Assembly (NCBI GenBank): GCA_964016885.1
Contig: OZ024740.1
Coordinates: 62,372,001-62,436,000 of the forward strand
DNA from: Eledone cirrhosa
Lineage: Eukaryota
DNA: 64,000 nt
Direction: 5' to 3'
Part shown: piece by piece, positions 48,629 through 59,981 of the stretch
Numbering within the stretch: position 1 is the stretch's first letter
Layout of the letters: each line of letters opens with the position of its first letter
Made by a program: the position numbers and the translations under genes
Notes under the pieces: model-generated
Databases searched by the model: none
What the model saw: the letters and a program-made list of their open reading frames with translations, nothing else
What the model was told of the DNA's origin: nothing

Positions 48629-50497
48629 GTTATCTCTTTCTCTTAATTTCGAGTACATTTTTTTGACCGGCCACCTTCCTGGTGGCAAGGTTGTAAAAGA
48701 AAAGAAATTGTCATCCCTTGAATCGCAAGAATGTTTTGCAAATTTTGAAGGTGCCAGCTATCGCAGCCATTTGTAGACTATGAATTAGGGAGCTGCGCTC
48801 TTTGTCCGCAAATCCAAGTTCAGTCATACTTTGGTCCAAACGGGTTGGTATATAACCCGTAGCTCCAATAATGATGGGTATGAAGCTAAAGGTGTATCTT
48901 GGATACTGGATTTGTAAACTCCTCATCAATGGTCCGTAGATGTCCTCCTCCTGTATTTTTCTGACAACGTTTACATCAAGTGGGCAGCTGATCTCCACAA
49001 CAGAACACGTTTTCAATGTGTGGTCCCAAACAAAAAATATCAGGCCGGTTGTGCTTTAATTTGGTGGCAGTTTTTTTTTTCAGGTTCTACCAGTATTCCT
49101 TAGTGCCATCTGTCTCAATATATTCTTCCTCGTTTGTTAACTTTGTTTTCCGAAGTGCGTTCTAGATGGTTCTAGCTATCCCATCGTGTCTCATGGGGAG
49201 GTAGTAGCGAGATGACATTCTTTCGCAGCCGGCAACAATGTGGCTTACATCCTCGATCTTTGTTTTACATAGCCTACATTTATTGTCAGCTGCTGGCCCT
49301 CCTCTTTTGTGCAGCAGATATTTGGTAGGGAGTTGTTGTTCCTGTATTGCATAGAGATATCCCTCAAGGTGTGATGTCATAAACTTGTCGGAACTCCATG
49401 CCAGGCTTTTTGAGTGGTTTATCCCCTTTATGGTCTGTGTTTTACGTCTCAAGTATCCATGCACAACTTTTTCTGTAAATTGGTCAATTTTTTAAATCTT
49501 GTTTGAACAATGAATAGGATCTTCCGATTTCTCTGGGTGAGAGATTTATATCAGGCTTTATTCCATATCTCTCCTCCAGATCAGTCGCTATTCTAATGAT
49601 ATTTTTTTTTTCATGCTCACAAACCTGGGCAAGATGGTTGCCAACCTTTTTCCTCTGTTGAAGGTGTTGCTTCAGTGTTACTATCCGGGTCTCATATGTT
49701 GTTAATATTGATTTTAGACCCCGGCCACCTTCCTTGCGTGAGAAGTATAGCCTATCCACATCACCATTGATGTTAAAGTTCTCAGTAACACTGAGAAGTT
49801 TTCGAGTTCTAACATCCATCTCACTTAGTTCTTGCAATGACCAGTTCAGCAGGCCAAATGTTGGCGTTAGAATTGGCACAGCATAAGTATTGTGGGCAAT
49901 GTATTTGTTGTACGCTGACAGTTCTGATGACCATATTTTCTTTACTCTTCTGAGGTATTCAGTTCTGGTTCTCTCCTTATTTATGGGTCCATCATATCTG
50001 ACATTCTCATCCTGTCCAAGATATCTGTAGTTGTCACCTGACTGTAGAGGTTGTATTGTCAGGCCGTTCATCTCTAGATTTCTAGAGGAGGGCACAGCTC
50101 TTCCACGTTTTACTGCCAAATATGCACACTTGGACTCACCAAATTTCATTTTGATGTCGGCTGAAAATTGTGTAATGAGGTCCAATTGTTTCTTGATGTC
50201 ATTGATATTTGGCCCATACAACTTCAGGTCATCAACAAAGAAAAGATGGGAGATACTTCTGGGCCCACTTCTTTGTCCACCTTGTTTCCTGAGTAGGTAA
50301 GATAGTGGATTCAGTGAGAGAACGAAGAGTAGCACTGACAAGCTATCACCCTGAAAGATGCTCTTCTGGTAATGTATCTTATCAGTCTTAACTTGCTCCT
50401 TCTCACCTCTAAGGATCAAATTGTTGTACCAGTTCTTGGTCAGGCGTTCAACAGCAGCTACCAATGGTTGTGGGACTTTAGCTAACTGTAAAGCCTA
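48629..50497 (-). mobile_element. R4/Dong-like non-LTR retrotransposon, 5'-truncated, inside (TATG)n
   Basis: ORFs 49484-50464 (IFQGDSLS, FFVDDLKLY, YRYLG), 49162-49464 (CRLC..H..C, RHD) and 48711-49016 (VEISCP). (TATG)n on both sides. Confidence 0.9.
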
Positions 50498-50726
50498 TGT
50501 ATGTATGTATGTATGTATGTATGTATGTATGTATGTATGTATGTATGTATGTATGTATGTATGTTCTGGTTTTATAATTTCACAAAGTTTTACCAATAGA
50601 GAGAGAGTCGGTTTCTAACATAGACACAAGACTCTCTCATTGGAATTTACACAACATCAACTAGGTAGGTATGTATGCATGCATGTGTAGATATGGATGT
50701 TATTGTATGTGTGGATGTGTATGTTT

Positions 50727-51714
50727 TGGGCCCCTGTATGAAAACTCCAGCTGCTTCGTGCGGACTGAGTTCTTTGACATTGTCTCCGGAGTCAGACAGG
50801 GTTGCATTCTCTCTCCACTGCTGTCCCTGCTGGCAGCCGATTCGACTAAGGCGAGTGGATGAAGGACCCGGTCGAGGAATCCCATGGAGAGGGCAGTCGA
50901 GGCTGAGGGACCTGGCATTCGCCGACGATATCGCTTTTATCGCTGAAAACAGTGCAGATCTGCAGGCCCTAACAACATCCCTACAAGAGAGTGCGGAAAA
51001 GATCGGCCTGAGAATCAACACCAAAAAGACCAAGGTCATGAGAACGGCCAGCAACACAGGTCCAGTGATCAGAGTCAATCAACAGGACCTCGAGGAAGTC
51101 GATCACTTCACCTATCTGGGCAGCATCCTGACAAGCAGCGGCGACGCGGAGCTCCACATCAACTGTCGGATCGGCAAAGGAGCCGCAGTTTTCCAGCGGC
51201 TGTGCCCAGTCTAGTCGTCTTCATGCATTAGCACCAAGACCAAGCTCTGCCTGTACAAGAGCATCGTGCTGTCGACAGTACTTTATGCGAGCGAGACCTG
51301 GAAGAGTACAGCAAAAATAGAAAGACGGCTGAACGCTTTCCACCAGCGGTGCTCGCGAAAGATCCTTCGTGTGTCCTGGTGCGACCGAGTGCGAAACGAG
51401 GAGATCCTGCGGAGAGCCGAGTCGTGGCCGCTACAGAGAGAGGTCACGGAGCGTCGGTGCCGTCTGGCTGGCCACTTTCTGCGTCTGCCAAATGAACGGC
51501 ATTCGAAAACAGCGATGAACTGGACTCCGCCTGGCGGTAAACGGAGGCGGGGTTGCCCAAGGATCACCTGGCGACGAACGTTCCGGAAGGACCTGATGGC
51601 AGCCAACTTCACCTGGCACGGTCTCGAAAAAGTTGCCGCTGATCGTGACCGTTGGTGAATTATTACTGCTCGATGCGCCGAACGGCGCGGAAGAATCTAA
51701 GACTAAGACTAAGA
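50727..51714 (+). mobile_element. GC-rich RTE-clade LINE 3' fragment (no PHD insert)
   Basis: GVRQGCILSP, LAFADD, FTYLGS, LYASETW and RRRG.PR.TW motifs; tail (CTAAGA)n. Confidence 0.88.
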
Positions 51715-51727
51715 TATATATATATAT

Positions 51728-51820
<93 letters not shown>

Positions 51821-51822
<2 letters not shown>

Positions 51823-54088
51823 AACAAGTAGGACCCCGACGGCTGAGCTCAAGCCGTTTCGACGGCTAATTCTGGACTAAATAAAATTTTTTAGCCTGGT
51901 AAATGAATAGCCGAACTTCTCAGGGGGTAATTCCATATATGGTAAAAGTGATTGTCACAAGGATTGGTCAAAAGTTTGTTGTTAAGACATATAATTCTAT
52001 CATGGCATTTGTGGAAGGTAGGGGTAGCTGAACTTGCCAGTAGAAGAAAGATGGAGAGGGAGTGGAGGAAACCCAGTCAAGCGTTGAAAGTGAAAAATTC
52101 AGCAGATTCTAAGGATAATGTATAGAAGGTCGAGAACAGTATACTAGAGAAGGGGACGGGGGAAGTTGAAACAATAAGTAAATCTAAAGGGAGTAAACAA
52201 AAAAGCCATTATAAAAATGAGGAAATATATAAAAAATATAAAAAAATATAAAAAATATAAAAAACAATTTTGGTTACTACTCCCCTTCCACAATCATCAA
52301 ATCTCTCACTGGTACTGCTAAGCTATAGAAAAGTGTAATAGGTGGGAAGGAATACTAAATACGAGATTGTAGTGAAAGAATTTTATGAGGCCATCATTAC
52401 AGGGGGTCTACCACCACTACGATAGTTAGTAGTAATCAGCCAATGCTATCTTACAATAACAGGTTAATAAGTTGAGGACCAACGTACTAAAAAAAACTAA
52501 TACGAAATATTAATTCAGAATCCCGAAACTAATACGAAATATTAATTCAGAATCCCGAAACATGAATACTAATACAATATATATAAAAGTACTGCTACAA
52601 TGTATAAATTCTAATACAATCTACATAAATACTCATACAATATATATAAAAAAAACTAATACAATATATATAAATACTGCTACAATACATAAATTCTAAT
52701 AAATCTACATAAATACTCGTACAATATATATGAAAGACTAATACGAAATATGAATTCAGAATCCCCCCCCCCCCCCAAAAAAAACCCAACTAGTATACAA
52801 GAAACTAAAGGAGAAATACCACTAAGAAATCTAGAAATCACGGAAATGGGGCAGCAACCAGAGAAGAAAAGCAAGTATCTGGGGTCTAGCACATGTGCTA
52901 TAAAAATCGGCCAATTCTATCATAAAATAAGGGCGGGGGGTACTGAGGCTACAGAGGACCGAAGGGCTGCATCGGGGTGGGCGAGAAGGTGAAAAGAACG
53001 ACGACAAATAAGGAGATTTGGGGTGGAAGGACTAGGAAGGGATGGGGGGGGGGAAGAAGGAAATATAGAGAAAACGATAAAAAATATATAAAAAAGAATA
53101 TATAAAAAAGTTACGTCTACCTTTGTAAGCAGGGGTTACCCCTTACAAAGTCGGCAAGTGGGGTGTTTCATCCTTTGTCTATCCCCCCTCCGGGTCATTA
53201 TGGGGTTTGAGGGCAAGGTAAGTCCTACGCAATCTGTGTTTGCATGCAGTTACCAGTTCGTCTTTCTTGTTTAGGAGTTGGTCCGTCGAAAACAACATTT
53301 GTAATGTTTCCTCCGAGCATAAGTTACACGGACGGCGCCCTCCCGTGTAAGAGTTGGCTCTGGACAGTAAGCTCCAAGTGAAATTGTAGGTTATATTATT
53401 ATCTTTGAGGTCCTAGATGTGGCCCGAAAGTGTAGTGGCCGGACGCCGGGCCGGGTTTCGGAAAGTATGTCTGTGTTGGTAGAGCCGGGTCTTGAAGTCA
53501 CAAGCGGTTAATCCTATATAAGCTTTGTTGGAGGTGTCCGTCCTCACGTTGGACTGGTAGATCACATTACGATCTCTACATCTGTTGTCGAGGGGGCAAA
53601 GGGATCCATCAGGACAATTGCACCCCTAGTCGGCTCTCCACTGCTATCTAGGTTATTTCTTCCATAGGGGTTGAGTTTTTTGTTGTTAGAGGAGACGATG
53701 TTTTGTGCAAAGTTAGGTGTGGTGCTATAGGAGAGTTTGATGGTGTTTTTGTTGATCATGTTGTGGTAGCGGTGTTGTAGTGGGAAGTGTTTTTCGATGA
53801 GCCTAAAGAAGATTTTCCCGATAGGTGTTGTCACCTCGGCATTGTGGGGAGGATTGAACCACGTTACGTTGCGTGAGCGGCGGTGTCGCCTGCTGGTTCC
53901 GCTAATGGAAGCTGGATAATAGGATATTTCCTCCCGGAAGCCACTCCGCTTGAGGGCCTGGTTGTAATAAGGCGCATGTTCCTCGAATATCTGCTTATTA
54001 GCTGACAAGCGAGATATGTGGAGGTAGATGTTTTTAACCAGGTTATTGGTGATGTTTCTAGACGAACTGGTAACTGCATGCAAACACA
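51821..54088 (-). mobile_element. Penelope-like element (Naiad-like C-terminal GIY-YIG), 5'-truncated with an inverted 5' stub
   Basis: WFNPP...FFRLIEKHFP...IKLSYS thumb; CNC..CPL..C linker; VIY..YIG endonuclease; CNLC.EE and CKH. Long 3' pLTR ending in a hammerhead. 28-bp inverted copy at 54061-54088. Confidence 0.88.
51833..51928 (-). ncRNA. Type I hammerhead ribozyme with variant core (CUGAGAA)
   Basis: ACCCC-CTGAGAA-GTTCGGCTA...TAGCCGTC-GAAA-CGGCT TGAGCTC AGCC-GTC-GGGGT. Stems I and III are perfect. Confidence 0.7.
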
Positions 54089-54490
54089 ATAATATGTGTT
54101 TGTGTCAGTGTGTATATTGTATATATTATATATATATTTCAGATAAAATTTACTTGGAGACTTGGCAGTATGAATTTCAAGAGAACAGTTGTATGTCTCT
54201 CGCTAATCTAAGTCTGCCAGAGGCTATTAATTCTATCCTCACTTCCATTGAGGCCTCATTCAATGACCAAAGCAACCGCCGCATCACTGAAATTAACGAA
54301 TCAAGCTCTACTGAATGAATATATACGCCAAGTACACATTGCACACATGTGCACAATGCTAATCAAACATTGCACAACACCAGTTACACATTGCACACAT
54401 GTGCAGAAGAGTGCACTCTCGGTTCTCTTTGTTCCAGTTGTCGTACGTTTGTTTTCTTTCCTGATTTCATTCAACATTTGATTGTAATGT

Positions 54491-54542
<52 letters not shown>

Positions 54543-54983
54543 GCATCACCGTTTTACATCGATGTCTCCACGCTAGCATGGGTTAGACGGGTTGTACTGT
54601 TGTGGGCAATACCAGGTCGGGTGACCTTGTCTTGCTCATACGGGACTTATTTTGGCTTGATTTCTACAGCTGGATGCCCTTCCTAACACCAACCTCATTT
54701 AGAGTGAATGTTGGGTGTTTTTTTTACCGTGGCGCCTACACGTCACCATACTCTCAGGTCCCAAATAATAGGGTGGGGCTAGGGGCTAGGAATAAACAGG
54801 GGCTTGAAATAGGCGGGAGGGAGGTTGGAAAAATTAGTAATTTTCTGTTGTCTCTGTTGATTTAAGAAAAAACTAGAATTAGTCATTTAGTTTACATATT
54901 GTCACGCCAGACAATCCTTTTTATTTTATAACATATTGGATTTCTAGTAAGGTACTCTTTTTGTCATGTATAATGTTTTTTAA

Positions 54984-55177
54984 CCCTTTAACATTTAAAC
55001 TGGCCATATCCGGCCAGAATACTCTCACCTCTTTCTGTTCAAACTGGTTGTACCTGGCTGCTCATACTGATGTTAAGATTTTGTTCTAAAAATAAATAAC
55101 ATCAAAATCTCATAGATTCAATATTATGTGAATTATGTAGTAAAATCTTTACAATAGTATATATAGTATATAAAGGG
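54984..55177. mobile_element. piggyBac-like MITE, second copy
   Basis: TTAA-CCCTTTA...TAAAGGG-TTAA. The internal sequence matches 16511-16719. Confidence 0.85.
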
Positions 55178-55950
55178 TTAAGCTATTCATCTCAAAATAA
55201 TTAATATCAAAAACTCATGGATTAGATATTATGTGAGATAATTATGTAGTAAAATCTGTACCACAAAAATGCAATAGTATATATAGAGTAATGTAAATGT
55301 TATGTGAGATATTATGTAAGTAAAGTGTTTACCATGAAAATACAATAGTATATATAGACTAATGTAAGAGTTACGGCCCTTGCCATTCTGAGTTCAAATC
55401 CCGCCAAGGTTAACTTTGCCTTTCATCCTTACGAGGTCGATAAAATAAAATACCAGTAATGTACTGGGTAAATGCTGGCCTTGTGCCGAAAGTAGAAACA
55501 ATTATTACCTTTGAATGGTTTGAAAAATAATAGTTTATCTTTATAACTGAATGACGCAGTCAAACTTTTTATATCCATTATTAAAAATATATTTTGGAGA
55601 TGTATTTTTTATATTTTTAAATTTATATTTGAACTGCACACCTGCTCTTATTAAATTTATAAACTTTTGTAATGCTTATGATATATGTTTATTTACTAAT
55701 TATGATATATGTCTTGCACTATACTTAACCTCTCTATACCAGTATGTTTTTAGAATTTTTAACGCTTTTAGCTGCTCCTAATTTTATTTTATTGCATTTA
55801 TATGCTCATATTTTTCATTTGCTTCTTCTGCTTTTGCTATCTTTTCTGATATAAATGTTGATACTTATGCTTACTTCCCATATTATGTATCCTCATAACG
55901 TTCTTGTGACAAACTTCTGATATTATATTTGTGTTTCAACCTTTATTGTA

Positions 55951-55996
55951 TACTCCGATGACTCAGCCTTGTGCTAGGATGAAACGATCGTAAGTG
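55951..55996 (+). ncRNA. Minimal type I hammerhead-like motif
   Basis: TACT-CCGATGA-(weak stem II)-GAAA-CGATCG-TA-AGTG. The palindromic stem III is typical of Penelope minimal hammerheads. Confidence 0.55.
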
Positions 55997-56148
55997 ATTA
56001 AATGTTCTAAACACTCTTTGATTGGTGTTTATAAAGTATTTCGGCTCTGTAGTATACTTGTTATTTTACATTGAACTATTCTCATACTTGTAATTGGATA
56101 ATATTTGATATTACCCACATTATATATATATATATGTGTGTATATCTA

Positions 56149-56199
<51 letters not shown>

Positions 56200-56265
56200 A
56201 TATCTATCTATCTATTTATCTATCTATATATATCTATATATATATATGTGTGTACACACGCATAT

Positions 56266-56289
<24 letters not shown>

Positions 56290-56302
<13 letters not shown>

Positions 56303-58275
56303 CATACTATCGTACGTCTGTATACATATGTGTATGTACGTATACATACTTATATTTAAGTAACAGCCGTACTAAGAGTGGGAAATGAAATTTCGTTTCA
56401 TTTTTCCGTTTATATATATATATATATATGTGTGTACACACACACACACGCGCGCACGCACACACACACACACACACATATATATATAAACGGAAAAAAT
56501 GAAACGAAATTTCATTTCCCACTCTTAGTACGGCTGTTACTTAAATATAAGTATGTATACGTACATACACATATGTATACAGACATACGGTAGTATGTAT
56601 ATATATATATACATACATGCACACATATATATATATGTACGTATGGATTCACCGAACATTTATTATAATGCTCGGTGTGTTTGTAAACAAACATCCCGTA
56701 TTAAGCCGTAGTGTCTATCAACCACCGTTGCTCGTTTGTTCAACACTGACAAAGGAACGCTGTACTAGTTTCAAGCTTGTTAGCTATCGTCAGCAACGTA
56801 TACCTTCCTGCCAGATAGTTGAACGTCCGAAAGTATATACTTTCCCTATGCATATTAACGGCTGAGTAGCCCAATTTGCATATCGAGTGGGTTAATCGGC
56901 CGGGTGCACCGAAAACGATAAACGGAAAAAATGAAACGAAATTTCATTTCCCACTCTTAGTACGACTGTTACCTAAATATAAGTATGTACACGTACATTC
57001 ACATATGTATACAGACGTACAGTAGTATGTATATATATATACATACATGCACACATATATATATATGTACGTATGGATTCACCAAACATTTATTATAATG
57101 CTCGGTGTGTTTGTAAACAAACTTCCCGTATTAAGCCGTAGTGTCTAGCAACCACCGTTGCTCGTTTGTTCAACACTGACAAAGGAACGCTGTACTAGTT
57201 TCAAGCTTGTTAGCTATCGTCAGCAACGTATACCTTCCTACCAGATAGTTGAACGTCCGAAAGTATATACTTTCCTTATGCATATTAACGGCTGAGTAGC
57301 CCAATTTGCATATCGCGTGGGTTAATCGGCCGGGTGCATCGAAAACGATAAACGGAAAAAATAAAACGAAATTTCATTTCCCACTCTTAGTATGGTTGTT
57401 ACTTAAATATAAGTATGTACACGTACATACATATATGTATACAGACGTACAGTAGTATGTATATATATATACATATATGCACACATATATAGATGTACGT
57501 ATGGATTCACTGAACATTTATTATAATGCTCGGTGTGTTTGTAAACAAACATCCCGTATTAAGCCGTAGTGTATAGCAACCATCGTTGCTCGTTTTTTCA
57601 ACACCGATAAAGAAACGCTGTACTAGTTTCAAGCTTGTACAGCGTTCCTTTGTCAGTGTTGAACAAACGAGCAACGGTGGTTGCTAGACACTACGGCTTA
57701 ATACGGGAAGTTTGTTTACAAACACACCGAGCATTATAATAAAAGTTTGGTGAATCCATACGTACATATATATATGTGTGCATGTATGTATATATATATA
57801 CATACTACTGTACGTCTGTATACATATGTGTATGTACGTATACATACTTATATTTAAGTAACAACCATACTAAGAGTGGGAAATGAAATTTTGTTTCATT
57901 TTTTCCGTTTATCGTTTTCGGTGCACCCGGCCGATTAACCCACTCGATATGCAAATTGGGCTACTCAGCCGTTAATATGCATAAGGAAAGTATATACTTT
58001 CGGACGTTCAACTATCTGGCAGGAAGGTATACGTTGTTGACGATAGCTAACAAGCTTGAAACTAGTACAGCGTTCCTTTGTCAGTGTTGAACAAACGAGC
58101 AACGGTGGTTGATAGACACTTCGGCTTAATACGGGAAGTTTGTTTACAAACACACCGAGTTATAATAAATGTTTGGGGAATCCATACGTACATATATATA
58201 TGTGTGCATGTATGTATATATACATACTACTGTACGTCTGTATACATATGTGTATGTACGTATACATACTTATAT
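56290..58275. repeat. 430-432 bp repeat array with two inversion points (fold-back)
   Basis: Forward copies start near 56488, 56920 and 57350. Orientation flips near 57630. A partial inverted copy lies at 56290-56410. Confidence 0.93.
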
Positions 58276-58332
58276 ATATATATATATAGACATATATATA
58301 TACATATACATATATATATATATATATATATT

Positions 58333-58416
<84 letters not shown>

Positions 58417-58860
58417 AATATATATATAATAATAATAATAATAGAATATGTGTTCCTACACGCACAAGGCGCTAAGGCACACATGTATTGTCCAACCAAA
58501 TGCCAATGTGGTTCAATGCTGCTCAATGAACCACTCAATGTGGTTCAATGCTGCTGCTAGTTATAGCGGTAGCCGACTGACCTCCCTGCCTCTGCCTCTA
58601 TCTTTACACTCGGCCCTTGAAAAAATTGATTCCACTTCATTTACTCTCATCTCGGGAACAATTTTGAATAGCGCCAGTTCGTAATTTGAATTCGAGAATT
58701 TTATATTCTTCGAATGAAAAGATCCTTCTGACGAGAATCTTTCTTTGCAACGAAGGCCGTATTTTTGAGATTCGAAACCGATTCGGTAAAGGTAACTATA
58801 GTAAGTAAAGTTAATTTTAAAAAATTTATTTTGAAACTTTTTCTTATTTGCTAAACCTTG

Positions 58861-58901
<41 letters not shown>

Positions 58902-58917
58902 TAAGGGAGCTCAATTC

Positions 58918-59968
58918 GTTTTCTCCCCTTAGAATCTCACATGTGCTTTCATAACCTGCGAGATTCTGGCGCAAGAAGAACAAAAACCTGTCGAGAAAGC
59001 GATGCCTTGTTCGATCATTATAGCAAAAGCTTATTTTTTATAAGCAGACAGTATTATTGATTTAGGTGTTGCAGAAACCCAATTTCGGAGTATTCCATCT
59101 TCCCCGGGGTCTGGGTTAATATTTCAATCATATCTTATTTTGTTTGACCTGTTTAGCATGTTCGCTTTTTTGGCTCTGGTGGTTAATGGCTTCTTAACCA
59201 TCGTCTCAGCGTGTATGACCATTTTAACTTATGTTTATAGCTCTGGTATCTTCTTCATATCCATGGAGCGCTTGTCTGCACAATATTGAAGTTGCGTTTC
59301 GCTAATTTTTACCTGCCGAAATGCAATTCTCGCTAAATTTATATTTGTATTAATCTTCCAATTCAAGCGATTAACAAGTTAATTTTTCTTGGCTTTTTAG
59401 TTAATTCTATTGACTGATTAATCGCTTAAGTTTATTTAAAAAACAACTCGGTCGAGAGCTTAATTCGTCTTGTGCGGTTTTTGAAAATTTTTTCAATAAC
59501 TACACATGCTGAATCCACTGACCAAATAGGGGTTTTCTCCCCTTAGAATCTCACATGTGCTTTGATAACCTGCGAGATTCTGGGGCAAGAAGAACAAAAA
59601 CCTGTTGAGAAAGCGATGCCTTGTTCGATCATTATATCAAAAGCTTATTTTTTATAAGCAGACAGTATTATTGATTTAGGTGTTGCAGAAACCCAATTTC
59701 GGAGTATTCCCTCTTCCCCGGGGGTCCGGGTAAATATTTCAATCATATCTCATTTTGTTTGACCCGTTTAGCTTGTTCACTTTTTTGGCTATGGTGGTTA
59801 ATGGCTTCATAACCATCGTCTCAGCGTGTATGACCATTTTAACTTATGTTTATAGCTCTGGTATCATCTTCTTCATATTCATGGAGCGCTTGTCTGCACA
59901 ATATGGAAGTTGCATTTCGCTAATTTCTACCCGCCGAAATGCGATTCTCGCTAAATTTATATTCGTAT
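58918..59968. repeat. About 435-bp direct repeat, 2 copies, period about 614
   Basis: 58918-59350 is repeated at 59532-59968. Confidence 0.9.
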
Positions 59969-59981
59969 ATATATATATATA

